A DNA stretch of 63,951 bases, counting the filler. It is 8 parts of 8 records of this genome, joined end to end, with 100 filler letters (N's around TTAATTAATTAA, not from the genome) between each part and the next. Parts side by side here need not be neighbours in the genome. Positions count along the whole stretch, not along the records: positions 10,292 to 32,514 come from SRR20825010_349; 7 more parts are not named here. The stretch is one strand, 5' to 3'. Below the pieces are notes generated by a model. That model did not search any database, was not told where the DNA came from, and worked only from the letters and a program-made list of their open reading frames with translations. Below are positions 10,292 to 20,366 of this stretch, piece by piece. The position numbers were made by a program, and so were the translations under genes. Within the stretch, counting starts at the first letter, position 1, and each line of letters opens with the position of its first letter.

Positions 10292-11462
10292 CCGCGTGCG
10301 GACGCGGCCCGACCAGCGACATGCTGCCTCCCAGAACATTCAGCAACTGCGGGAGCTCATCCAGACTGCTCCGGCGCAGAAACCGGCCGAGCGTTGTGAT
10401 ACGCGGATCATCCCGGGTGGCCTGCCGAAGGGGCTGGTCCTGCCCGGTTTCGCCTCCGGTAATCCCGTCACCGTCCCGCACCATGCTCCGGAACTTGAGC
10501 ATCATGAATTCGTCATTGTTGAAGCCGTAGCGCTTCTGCCGGAACAGCACCGGGCGGCCCATGGTGATCATGATGGCCAGTGCGATGAGCAGCATGACCG
10601 GTGCCAGGACGATCAGCAGGAGTCCCCCCAGGACAAGATCGACGCAGCGCTTCTGCACACTTTCCCAGCCAACGATCGGAAGGTCCGCCAGAATCAAGCC
10701 GGCCTGCCCTGCGATCCGGTCGATTCCGAGCGCCGGAACCCCATGCAGATAGGAGGGCAGCCGCAAACGTATGTTGACCGGTTGATCCTTAAGTGTGGCC
10801 AGCGCCGCCCGAAAGGCGGTTTCCTCGTCGGGCTCATAACACAGCAGCACATCGTCTACCCGGCCGGCCGCGATGATCTTGCGCAGGCTCTCCTCGCTGC
10901 CATGCAAAGGCACACCTTGCAGGGTCTCGCCAGGTATGCCGCCGCTGACAAAGCCGCCGACCAGACGGGGTCCACCGCGATGGGTGAGCAATATCTGCAC
11001 CGCCTCGTTCACCAGCCGGGGCGAGCCAAGGACCGCCACCCGGTTGGCGAACCGGCCACTCCTCCGTACCTTGGAGACCCAGGCCAGCACCGTAATTCGC
11101 ACCAAAATCAGGGCAACACCACCGCCCAGCACCACGACAAGCAGCCAGAAGCGCGAGAAATCCTCGGATATCTTGAAGGCATAGAGCGCGACCACGAAAA
11201 TGATCATCGTGCCGATCCAGCAGCGCAACGCCTGCATCACATGGATCCGCCGCACATCGCTGCGATCAAAGGCATAACTGTTCTGACTGATGCCGCAGAT
11301 CAGATACAGCGCGCAGATAAAAAGTCCGCCGAGCAGGTAACGTTCTGGCAGCTCGAAGCTGCCATTGCGGACCGCATAAGCGACGATATTGATCGCATAG
11401 AGAGCCAGCGCCTCAAGCGAGGCCAACCAGACCGCCATCCAGATCAGCGTTTTGTTGCGCAT
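10292..11462 (-). CDS. Undecaprenyl-phosphate glucose phosphotransferase (WcaJ/GumD-like; 3' truncated)
   Basis: N-terminal TM helices, then [55 protein letters not shown]. Confidence 0.93.
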
Positions 11463-11491
11463 GATTTAGTGAGCCCAGCTCCGGCACCGCA

Positions 11492-13864
11492 TCATCGAGC
11501 ACGCGCCCATTCCGTTTGACCGTCATCTTCCGGAGGTGCTGAATCGACGCCGTAATACTGCCCGTCATAGGCCTCCGCCCCGCCATCGATCGACTGGATC
11601 CGGAGATTGTTCTTCGACATCACGATTCCGGCCAGATTTTCGCCGACCTCATAAACTTCCCGGATGGTCTGCTCCGCTGTCTCCCGCCGGGTGCGTTCCC
11701 ACTCGACCACAAAGACGGTGGCATCGACCTGGGGGACCAACACCAGCGTGTCGGAAACCACCGAGGCAGGACCGCTGTCCAGCACGGTGAAATCGAAATT
11801 CTGCGCACTGTAGCGCAGCAACTCGGCCATCCGCCGGGAGCCGAAAAGATCGTCCGAATTCGACAGCAAGCCGCCCGTCGCAACATAGTGGATTCCGGTG
11901 GCCATATCGAATTCGATGGCATCCTCGATCTCGCCGTCGCCATTCAGATACTGCTTGAGGCCCCGGTTGGTCACACTGTCGATTTGTTTCGTGACGGTGC
12001 CATTCACCGTGTCGCAATCGATGACCAACGTCCGCAGCCCGGCCGAGACGGCATTCGCGACCAGCCCCAGAGCGATCGAGGACTTACCCTCTCCGGCAAT
12101 TGAAGAGGTGATCAGCACAGTGCGGATCGGCTTGCCCTCGCCGAGCAGATTGAGCGCGGTACGCAGCTTCCTGATACCCTGCCCGACGGCCGATCCCGGC
12201 CGGCGGCGCACCATTTCAAACAGTGGCGCCCCGGAATCCTTCACCTGTTGCGACAACGGTATGCTGGCGATGACCGGCAATCCCGTCACCTGTTCGAGCT
12301 GCTTGGCATTCTTGAACCCGCGGATCAGAAAATCCATAAGCAGGGCCAGCAGGGCGGCAATGATCATCGAAGCAAGCAGCGAGGCAAGCACCGCCAGTTT
12401 CTTCTTCGGCGCCACCGGCACCCGGGGCATGACCGCGCGGGAGATCACCTCGGCGCCGACCTGATCCGGCTCACGGCCCTCAAGATCCACCGCGGCAAGC
12501 CGGTTCAGCATGACCTCGTAAAGATTCTGGTTGGCCGCCACTTCCGCCTGGATGGCGCGCAATTCGATCTCGGCATCCGCCTGGGATTCCATGATCGCTT
12601 TCAGCTCTCCAACCGCATTGGCGACATTCGCCTCCCGCACCCGGGCAATCTCGGTCTCGTTACGCATCGACTGCACGATCTTGCGCACTTCGCCCGAGAT
12701 CGTGACGCGCACGTCTTCGAGCTCCCGGCGGGTCTTGATGACGTCCGGATGACCGTCACGCAAGGTTGTGAGCTGCTCCGCGAGACGCTGTTGGATCTGC
12801 GATTCCTGCAGCCGCAAATTGTTGATCAGTTGGGAAGCAAGCACCGGCGCCAGGCTGGCCGTCCCGTCCGGCTGGTCGATCAGCAACTGCACCTGACGCA
12901 GCCGGGCCTCGCGCTCAGCCCGCTCGGTGCTGGCCTGAATCAACTGGTCGTTCAGCTTGATCAGCTGCTGCTGCATCAACTCGGTGCCGCGAATATCCAG
13001 CAGACCTTCCTCACGGCGGAACCGCTCGAATTTCTGTTCGGAATCGAGGACTCTCTCCTGCAATGCCGCAACCTGGTCCGTCAGCCACTGGCTGGATTGC
13101 CGGATCGCCCGGTCCCGCTGGGTCCGCTTCTGCTCCAGAAAGAGCTCCGCGATGGTGTTCGGAACACGCGCGGCCAGAGCCGGATCGTTGCTGCGGAACT
13201 CGATGGTGATGACCCGCGACAACTGCTCTCCGTCAACCGTCAGCCGTTCGAGAAAATTGTCTGTTACATCCGCGCGCAACGCTTCCGGAGTAAGCTTTTC
13301 AGTTTTTTCCCGGCCCTTCATATAGGCGCCGGCATCGAAACCGAAATTCTCCCGCAGCCAGTGATCGGCCGCCCCGGTCCAGCTTGATATCAGTGCGCGG
13401 AGATGCAGCATCTCCAGAAGCTCGCCTGCCGTATGACGCCATCCCACTTCACCTTCAGGCTGCAGGGACGGATTGAATTCCGGCACATCTTCCAGACCGA
13501 GCCGATCGATCACCAGAGCGGCGAAAGCACGGGATTTCAGGTAGGCGGTTTCCGTCGGCAGGTTCGTGTTGCTGGGCGACAGTGCCTGCGGCAGGGTGAA
13601 TCCCTGAATATTGAAAGCCCCCTTGGACTCCGCCATCAGCAGTTTCGTGTAACCCGAATAGACCGGCTTCATCGAATAAACGATCAGTCCGGTCACCAGC
13701 GGCACCAGCAGCATCACGAACAGGATCAGGAGAAACCGGCGGCGCATGACCGACACGAGCCGCCAGAGATCGAATGTCTCACCGGTGTCCAGCGGATCGG
13801 CGAAAAGAGCCGACGGCGCTTCGGAAGAGCGTCTCGATCTGGGGAATGCCGTAACGTTCGCCAT
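11492..13864 (-). CDS. Polysaccharide co-polymerase / BY-kinase (Wzc/GumC/ExoP type)
   Basis: Two TM helices flanking a coiled-coil periplasmic region, PVAPKK motif, Walker A SSIAGEGKS, VIDCD, VLDSGP, and a short Tyr-containing tail. Confidence 0.92.
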   Translation of the reverse strand: MANVTAFPRSRRSSEAPSALFADPLDTGETFDLWRLVSVMRRRFLLILFVMLLVPLVTGLIVYSMKPVYSGYTKLLMAESKGAFNIQGFTLPQALSPSNTNLPTETAYLKSRAFAALVIDRLGLEDVPEFNPSLQPEGEVGWRHTAGELLEMLHLRALISSWTGAADHWLRENFGFDAGAYMKGREKTEKLTPEALRADVTDNFLERLTVDGEQLSRVITIEFRSNDPALAARVPNTIAELFLEQKRTQRDRAIRQSSQWLTDQVAALQERVLDSEQKFERFRREEGLLDIRGTELMQQQLIKLNDQLIQASTERAEREARLRQVQLLIDQPDGTASLAPVLASQLINNLRLQESQIQQRLAEQLTTLRDGHPDVIKTRRELEDVRVTISGEVRKIVQSMRNETEIARVREANVANAVGELKAIMESQADAEIELRAIQAEVAANQNLYEVMLNRLAAVDLEGREPDQVGAEVISRAVMPRVPVAPKKKLAVLASLLASMIIAALLALLMDFLIRGFKNAKQLEQVTGLPVIASIPLSQQVKDSGAPLFEMVRRRPGSAVGQGIRKLRTALNLLGEGKPIRTVLITSSIAGEGKSSIALGLVANAVSAGLRTLVIDCDTVNGTVTKQIDSVTNRGLKQYLNGDGEIEDAIEFDMATGIHYVATGGLLSNSDDLFGSRRMAELLRYSAQNFDFTVLDSGPASVVSDTLVLVPQVDATVFVVEWERTRRETAEQTIREVYEVGENLAGIVMSKNNLRIQSIDGGAEAYDGQYYGVDSAPPEDDGQTEWARAR

Positions 13865-13872
13865 GTCCGTTC

Positions 13873-14478
13873 CTAGAACCAGCGCCGTTTGATCTCGATA
13901 ACGTCACCCGGATAGACAGACGTGTCGAGACTCACATCGCGGACAGTCTGACCATGCTCGGTGCGCCGCGTCAGCAATGCCTGGGACTTCGCCGCCCGGC
14001 GCGTGAAGCCGCCGGCTTCCGCCACCGCCTTGCGCATATTCAGCCCAAGGACGAAATCGAAGCTGCCGGGCGTGTTCACCTCGCCCAGCACATAGAAGGG
14101 CTGATACCGGGCAATGACGATATCGACCTTGGGATCGATGACATAATTGAGGTCGACGATTCCGGTCACCAGGGTCCGGAGCTCCAGCGCGGTCTTGCCC
14201 CGTGCTTCAATCTTCCCGACCAGCGGCAATTCCATGGCCCCGTCATCGGTAATGTCAACAATCGCGGACAGCTCCGGATGACCAAAGACCGTCACCGCCA
14301 CGCGGTCTCCGGTAACCAGCCTGTATTCCGCGATGGTCGGCGTCGTTGGCGGCGGCAGCTCGTCGATATCGTTTGTGCCGCAGGCGGACAGCCCGAGACA
14401 CAGAACGAGCCCCAACAGGGCGCCAACCGAGAGACGGGGCGCCGTGAGAAGCGAGGCGAGAGTGGAGACGAATCGCAT
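13873..14478 (-). CDS. Short OPX (Wza-family) polysaccharide export lipoprotein
   Basis: Lipobox LSAC, YRLVTGDRVAVTVFGHPELS Poly_export motif and SLBB domain (FYVLGEVNTPG). Only 201 aa. Confidence 0.9.
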   Translation of the reverse strand: MRFVSTLASLLTAPRLSVGALLGLVLCLGLSACGTNDIDELPPPTTPTIAEYRLVTGDRVAVTVFGHPELSAIVDITDDGAMELPLVGKIEARGKTALELRTLVTGIVDLNYVIDPKVDIVIARYQPFYVLGEVNTPGSFDFVLGLNMRKAVAEAGGFTRRAAKSQALLTRRTEHGQTVRDVSLDTSVYPGDVIEIKRRWF

Positions 14479-14492
14479 CTCTATTCTATCTC

Positions 14493-15857
14493 CTAAAACC
14501 GGCCGAGATTGAAAGGATCAACGGTGCCATCATCTGCCTGGCAGCAAAGTTTTGCGCTGATCCTGAACATCACCGTCGTGGCATCAAAGGCCCGCGCCGG
14601 ATCGGTCGAATCCGAAACCTCGTGCTCAAAGCTCAACCCGGCAAACAGGTGTTCGTTGATGAGGTAGGTCGCGTTTACTCCGACGAGCATGTCATCGTCT
14701 TCCCGGTCGATCTGCTGAAACTCTTCATTCGCCACGGAAAGGTAACCACCGATTATCAATTGCTCGAGCGGATCATAGTCGAGTCCCATTCGGAAAGACC
14801 GCGAAAGTTTCGTTCCCGCGCTCGGATCGTCCGACTGCTGGTTCTCGATATCCGCATCGGCGGTAAAGGTCATGACCGGCGTCAGGTTCCAGAGCAGGCC
14901 GCCGGACAATACGAAATCGGTCTGCGCGGAGCGCGAGCTTGCGTCGAAAACCCGGTGCGAGACGCCGACCCTGCCGTTGAAGGCACTGACCCCGGTGATA
15001 TCGCGCACAGCCCCGACCGACAGCGTCAGACGCGTCGAGTTCTGATCCTCCGAAGCATCCTCGGTATAGACATCGCGAAGCAGACTGGGCGAAACAAAGA
15101 GATCGTATTCACCTCCGGGGGAATAGCCGACAAGCCCGCGCAGATTGAAAGTTGTGCGGTCCAGGGTATCCCGATCTACGTTGTCCGTCGGATTGTAGGA
15201 CCGGTGCACGGCTTCCCCGACGATACGCGTAAAGACCCGGTCATCCCGCCTGTCGTCATAAACCCCTCCAACGAGATATTGATTGAAGGTGAGCGGCTCG
15301 AAGCCGGCACCGGGATCCGCATCGTCGCCGCGCCGGATATGCCCGCGCTTCGCTTCGGCGAAACCGCGCGCAAAAACACCGTCATCGACATCAACCCGCA
15401 CCGCCGTGGCCAGACGAGCATCCGTCGTATTCTCCCGGCTTGATTCCGCGACCCGCCGGTCCGTCAGGTCAACAATCAGCAAGGCTTCATGATTGGTCCA
15501 GTTGGAACGCAGCGCCGCTTCCGCCTTCGCTTCGGTAACAGCAGAGGAAATCGCGCCGTTCTTGACCCGGGTGACATTGCTGTCCCGGCCGGCATCGACA
15601 GTCGCCCGGGAAAACAGATCGAAACTTCCGGCCAGCCGCCCGGCATCCGAACGATCATCGGGCCGGCTGAGCAAATCAAGCGACAAACCGTAGCTTTCAA
15701 AGTCGAGGCGCTGACGGCCCCGAACGGATTCCTTGTAAGCCTGCTGCGCGAGAACGGCTTCGGCGGAAATCCCTACTAAAATAGAGGCCAAAGCGAGTGC
15801 GGCGGTCACGAACGCCAAGTTGATCCGGCATTTACGCCACCAAATACAAAGGTCCAT
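14493..15857 (-). CDS. Outer-membrane beta-barrel protein of the EPS cluster
   Basis: Signal peptide and alternating amphipathic beta-strand pattern (DAGRDSNV, LRSNWTNHE, LLWNLTP). First gene of the EPS operon. Confidence 0.8.
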   Translation of the reverse strand: MDLCIWWRKCRINLAFVTAALALASILVGISAEAVLAQQAYKESVRGRQRLDFESYGLSLDLLSRPDDRSDAGRLAGSFDLFSRATVDAGRDSNVTRVKNGAISSAVTEAKAEAALRSNWTNHEALLIVDLTDRRVAESSRENTTDARLATAVRVDVDDGVFARGFAEAKRGHIRRGDDADPGAGFEPLTFNQYLVGGVYDDRRDDRVFTRIVGEAVHRSYNPTDNVDRDTLDRTTFNLRGLVGYSPGGEYDLFVSPSLLRDVYTEDASEDQNSTRLTLSVGAVRDITGVSAFNGRVGVSHRVFDASSRSAQTDFVLSGGLLWNLTPVMTFTADADIENQQSDDPSAGTKLSRSFRMGLDYDPLEQLIIGGYLSVANEEFQQIDREDDDMLVGVNATYLINEHLFAGLSFEHEVSDSTDPARAFDATTVMFRISAKLCCQADDGTVDPFNLGRF

Positions 15858-16191
15858 GTGACAGGCCAGTTGATTCCAACCCCGGGTCGATCTGCAATTC
15901 GCTTATCCAGCGCTTTAAAATAGGCGAATTATCCATTGAAACAAAACATTTTTATGAGCATAGTTTATGTAGACACGACCAGATTCGGCCCTGCGCGCAA
16001 GTTTTTGGTGGCCTTTTATGCAAATTTCCGCATTTTCGAGCATGATTACCAATTGGTCATTCCTGTTCTTCTAGAGTATCCCGCCCGTGCAAGCGGCCGC
16101 ATTCAAGGCAAATATCGGGTGCCCGTGCTGTAGCCAGCGTGGTAAGAAGAGGGTCAGGAAACGGCCCCCCAGAGTTTAGACGGAGGACCAC

Positions 16192-17436
16192 ATGGCGCTC
16201 AGCCAAGTCCAGAGCCGAAATAGGGGTCCGAGCCAGGAATACCTGCTGCTCGACTATCTCCAGCGTCTCGGGCGCAACGTGGAAGGCCGGATGGCCGTCC
16301 ATATCCATCTTTCCCGGTTGCGTCCGCAGAACCGTCAGGATCACCATATCCGGATCGCGGCAGCCACCTTCGAAGGCATGGTCCAGAACTATGAGGGCCA
16401 GATCTTCATCCTGAGTAATTCGGACCTGTTCTTCGTCTGCAAGGATGCGACTGTCGAGGATATCGACGCGGCCATCATGAAGGTCCGCTATCTGTTTTCC
16501 GAAGACCCGCTTTCTCAGGGCGACGAGGAAGAGGACCTGGCCAGGTTCTGCTCCTGGTACAATGTCGCCACCCAGTTCGAGGATTTGCTGGAACTGGTCA
16601 AGCAAATGCACCGGGAGCGGGAACGCAAATCCCGTCTTGCCGTCAGCGCCGACCAGAAAGTCGATCCACGCAGCAAAAGCGTGCGCAAGCCACTCGATCC
16701 GGAGCAGCTCGGCAAACTGGAATCCTTTCTGCAGCGGGCCGACCTCTCGAACCTGATGCGCCGCCAGCCGGTCTGCGCGCTCACACCAAACAATCCGACA
16801 CCGCAACCGGTGTTCCGAGAGCTGTTCATCTCGATCCACGATCTGCAGCAGACCGTACTGCCGGAATTCGACCTGGCCTCCAATCTGTGGCTGTTCCAGC
16901 ATCTGACGCAAACGCTGGACGCGCGGATGCTGTCCCTGCTGATCCGGAACGACGACACCTCGATCGCCAGCTCCTTCAGCGTCAATCTGAACGTACAGAC
17001 GATCCTGTCGCCGCCCTTCCTGAATTTCGATGCCAGCCTGAAGGCGGTTGCCCGCGGCACGGTCGTGATCGAATTGCAGAAGATCGATATTTTCGGGGAT
17101 ATGGGCGCCTACATGTTCGCCCGCGACTTCATGCGCGAACGCGGCTACCGGATCTGCCTGGATGGCCTGAACCATCTGACCCTTCAGTTCATCGACCGTG
17201 AGCGGCTCGGCCTTGATCTGTTGAAGCTGATCTGGACCCCGGACATGGCGGACGATATGTCCGGAAACCGGACCGCAGAGCTGAAAGAGCATGTGGATCG
17301 TTGCGGCCGCGCCCGGATCATCCTGACGCGCTGTGATTCAGACGAGGCCGTCCGGTTCGGGCAGTCCCTGGGCATCACCATGTTCCAGGGCCGCTATATC
17401 GACAAACAGCTGAATTCCGAAGCCCGCATCGTCTGA
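16192..17436 (+). CDS. Degenerate GGDEF-like + EAL domain protein
   Basis: EAL scaffold (RQPV, SVNLN, VVIEL, LLKL, MFQGRY) with catalytic motifs replaced: ELF for EAL, CLDGL for DDFG, LTRCD for AEGVE. GGAGG RBS. Confidence 0.75.
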   Translation: MALSQVQSRNRGPSQEYLLLDYLQRLGRNVEGRMAVHIHLSRLRPQNRQDHHIRIAAATFEGMVQNYEGQIFILSNSDLFFVCKDATVEDIDAAIMKVRYLFSEDPLSQGDEEEDLARFCSWYNVATQFEDLLELVKQMHRERERKSRLAVSADQKVDPRSKSVRKPLDPEQLGKLESFLQRADLSNLMRRQPVCALTPNNPTPQPVFRELFISIHDLQQTVLPEFDLASNLWLFQHLTQTLDARMLSLLIRNDDTSIASSFSVNLNVQTILSPPFLNFDASLKAVARGTVVIELQKIDIFGDMGAYMFARDFMRERGYRICLDGLNHLTLQFIDRERLGLDLLKLIWTPDMADDMSGNRTAELKEHVDRCGRARIILTRCDSDEAVRFGQSLGITMFQGRYIDKQLNSEARIV

Positions 17437-17475
17437 ACCCCGTTCCGGTATCCACCGGAAACGCATCCGGGAAAA

Positions 17476-18030
17476 TCAGCCGCGCGGTGCGTGCTTGTTC
17501 AGGATTCTTTGCAGGGTTCGGCGGTGCATGCGCAGGCGGCGTGCGGTTTCCGAGACATTCCGGCCGCATTGCTCGAAGACCCGCTGAATATGCTCCCAGC
17601 GCACCCGGTCGGCCGACATCGGATTATCCGGCGGCGGCGGCAGGGCCTCTTCATGATCCAGCAGCGCGGCGGCGATGGCATCGGCATCGGCCGGTTTCGG
17701 CAGATAATCCACCGCGCCCGCTTTCACGGCGGCGACGGCGGTGGCAATATTGCCATAGCCGGTCAGCATGATGATGCGGGCATCGGGATTGGCCTCCCGC
17801 AGGGCGGCCACCACATCAAGCCCGCTGCCGTCGGTCAGCCGCATGTCGAGCACAGCGTGAGATGGCGCATCCTCGCTCACCGCCTGCAGGCCCTCGGCCA
17901 CCGAACTCGCGCTGGTCACGTCGAAGCCACGCTTTTCCATTGCCCGGACAAGCCGGTTGCGAAAGGCCTCGTCATCGTCGAGCACCAGCAGTTTGCGGGA
18001 CTCATCAACTGAAATCTGATCGTCTGTCAC
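17476..18030 (-). CDS. regA: RegA/PrrA/ActR redox response regulator
   Basis: LTGYGNIATAVAAVKAGAVDYLPKP and PMSADRVRWEHIQRVFEQCGRNVSETARRLRMHRRTLQRILNK signatures. Confidence 0.95.
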   Translation of the reverse strand: MTDDQISVDESRKLLVLDDDEAFRNRLVRAMEKRGFDVTSASSVAEGLQAVSEDAPSHAVLDMRLTDGSGLDVVAALREANPDARIIMLTGYGNIATAVAAVKAGAVDYLPKPADADAIAAALLDHEEALPPPPDNPMSADRVRWEHIQRVFEQCGRNVSETARRLRMHRRTLQRILNKHAPRG

Positions 18031-18107
18031 CAGGTACCTCCGCCTTTCGGGGCCGGTCTGTCACCAGTTGGCTTATGCTGGGAAATCTGCTTTCGGTCAA
18101 GCTGCGG

Positions 18108-19508
18108 TCACGCCGTTTCCAGGTCGGCGCGCCGCCATTGCACCGTCACCCGAGCCCCGCCTTCGGCACGATTGGAGAAGGAGAGCGATGCCCCGCCACG
18201 CTCCAGCAAGGTCTTCGCAATGAAAATACCAAGGCCCATGTGACCGTCCTTGCCGGCCCGGCTGGAGACATAGGGCTCGCCCAGCCGGTCAAGCACCAGA
18301 GCGGCAAATCCCGGCCCGTCATCCTCGATGATGACCGAGGCCGTGTCCTCGTCCCAATAGACCGTGATCTCCACGGTTTCCCGGGCAAACTGGACGGCGT
18401 TCTGCACCAGGGTGCCGATACCCTGGTTCATCTCCGGCGTCAGCACCACCCGTGGCTGATCCGCCGCAATGGCGCCCTCCCCGGCCGCAAGATCGAACGC
18501 ACCGTCCGGGCCATGCTGCTCGACAATGACAACAATCTCGTCACGCTGATGCGGCGCGGCGGCAGCCTCGACCATCGCGCTGAAGGGCATGGATTTGAAC
18601 GGGCCCACCGCTTCCTGGTCCGGCTGGCGGGAAAGCTGAGTCAAGATGTCGCGGCACCGCGCGGTCTCGCTCAACAGCAGGTCGACATCCTCGCCCCACT
18701 CGCTGTCATCGGGCAGATCCTTGCGCAACTCCCGGGCAACAACGGCAATGGTGCTGAGGGGCGTGCCGAGTTCGTGTGCCGCCGCCGCCGCAAGACCGCC
18801 GAGCGCGGAGAGCTGCTGCTCACGGGACAGCGCCAGCCGCGTCGCTCCAAGCGCATCCGACATCCGTCTGGCATCCCGGCTGACCCTGTAGGTGTAGCCG
18901 GCAATGAACAGCGTGGTGATGACGATCGCCATCCACAAACCGAAGACATAAACACTCGGCAATTGCAGCCCTGCGGGGCTCCACGGCAATGGCTGATGCA
19001 CCAGGGCCAGCGCCGTGGTGGCGGCAAGGGCGAGGAAGCTCAGCCAGATGGTCGCCGCCCCGGACAGGATTGTGGCGGAGACGGTTACCGGCGCGATCAG
19101 CATCAGGGCGAACGGGTTTTCCAGACCGCCTGTCCAGTACAGCAGGTAGCCGAGCTGGGCGATGTCGAAGGCCAGTCCGAAGGCCGCCGCGCGGGTGGTC
19201 AGCGCCCGGCCGGACTGCCGCACCGCCTGAATGATGATATTGTAGAGCGCACCCGACGCCACGATCCCGAGGGCGATTTCCAGCGGCAGCGGAAAGCCGA
19301 GGCCGTAATGCACGACGAGCAGGCTGATAAGCTGCCCCATCAGCGCCACCCAGCGGATCGTCGTCAGGGTTCGCGCGCCGGCCGGCCCAAGCCCGTCTCC
19401 GAGCGCGAAGCGGTCCTCGAAATCCCCGAACCTGTTTTGCGGATCAGTCACGCGGCGCTCCCTCACTGCCATTCCGGCGCTGTGTCTGCGGATTGCATGA
19501 TTGTCCAA
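18108..19508 (-). CDS. regB: RegB/PrrB/ActS redox sensor histidine kinase (start uncertain)
   Basis: TLTTIRW, quinone-binding GGLENPF, LAAAAAHELGTPL H-box, redox Cys in RCRDIL, and GLGIFIAKTLL. Confidence 0.94.
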   Translation of the reverse strand: MDNHAIRRHSAGMAVRERRVTDPQNRFGDFEDRFALGDGLGPAGARTLTTIRWVALMGQLISLLVVHYGLGFPLPLEIALGIVASGALYNIIIQAVRQSGRALTTRAAAFGLAFDIAQLGYLLYWTGGLENPFALMLIAPVTVSATILSGAATIWLSFLALAATTALALVHQPLPWSPAGLQLPSVYVFGLWMAIVITTLFIAGYTYRVSRDARRMSDALGATRLALSREQQLSALGGLAAAAAHELGTPLSTIAVVARELRKDLPDDSEWGEDVDLLLSETARCRDILTQLSRQPDQEAVGPFKSMPFSAMVEAAAAPHQRDEIVVIVEQHGPDGAFDLAAGEGAIAADQPRVVLTPEMNQGIGTLVQNAVQFARETVEITVYWDEDTASVIIEDDGPGFAALVLDRLGEPYVSSRAGKDGHMGLGIFIAKTLLERGGASLSFSNRAEGGARVTVQWRRADLETA

Positions 19509-19592
19509 GTAGCACGGCTCGGGCTAAGGTCGCGACGCCGATTTAGGCACACCCGAACGAACTCCCACGAGCACTTCTCACGAGCGCGGTCC

Positions 19593-20366
19593 ATGAGCAA
19601 AACGGTCATCGAGGTTCGAGACCTGGAGAAACGCTACGGCACGGTACATGCCGTGCGCGGCGTCAGCTTTTCGGTCGAGGCGGGTGTAACAATGGGTCTG
19701 CTCGGCGGCAACGGCGCGGGCAAGACCACGACCATCGCCATGATGCTGGGCCTGCTGGAGCCGACCGGCGGCAGCGTCTCAATCCTCGGATGCGACATGG
19801 CGACCGACCGCTACCGGGCGCTGCCTTATATGAATTTCTCCTCGCCTTATGTGGATCTGCCGCACCGGCTGACCGTGCGCGAGAATTTGCGGATCTATGC
19901 CGGACTCTACTCGGTCCCGGACCCGAAGGCGCGCATCGCCGAAATGGCGGAACAGCTTCACATGACGGAGTTCATGAACAGGCCCTCCGGCAAGCTGTCC
20001 GCCGGACAGAAGACCCGCGTGGCTCTCGCCAAGGCGCTGATCAACAAACCGCGCGTGCTGCTGCTGGACGAGCCGACAGCCTCGCTCGATCCCGATACGG
20101 CGGACTGGATCCGGACCTATCTGGAAACCTACCAGCGCGAGACCCGGGCAACGGTCCTGCTCGCCTCCCACAATATGCAGGAAGTCGAACGGCTGTGTGC
20201 CGGTGTGCTGATGATGCGGCAAGGCACCATTGTCGATCGGGGCAGCCCGGCCGAGCTCTTGGCAAAATACGGGCGCCAGACCATGGATGAAGTCTTCCTC
20301 GACGTTGCCCGGCAGACCGGCGCGGCGGCGAATGGCGGTGCAAGCGAAAACAGGGGGCTGGTATGA
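19593..20366 (+). CDS. ABC-2 type exporter ATP-binding subunit
   Basis: MSKTVIEVRDLEKRYG, Walker A GGNGAGKTT, LSAGQ, LLLDEPT. The real start is ATG 19593, not 17862. Confidence 0.93.
   Translation: MSKTVIEVRDLEKRYGTVHAVRGVSFSVEAGVTMGLLGGNGAGKTTTIAMMLGLLEPTGGSVSILGCDMATDRYRALPYMNFSSPYVDLPHRLTVRENLRIYAGLYSVPDPKARIAEMAEQLHMTEFMNRPSGKLSAGQKTRVALAKALINKPRVLLLDEPTASLDPDTADWIRTYLETYQRETRATVLLASHNMQEVERLCAGVLMMRQGTIVDRGSPAELLAKYGRQTMDEVFLDVARQTGAAANGGASENRGLV

Noticed and set aside
16057..17292. Long antisense ORFs (also 10296-11519, 12248-13387, 29178-30437, 30672-32570)
   Set aside because: These are typical stop-poor shadows of high-GC genes, with no motifs of their own.
17862..20366. 834-aa ORF suggesting a novel fusion to an ABC ATPase
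   Set aside because: The first ~577 codons are mostly antisense to regA/regB; the real ATPase starts at 19593.
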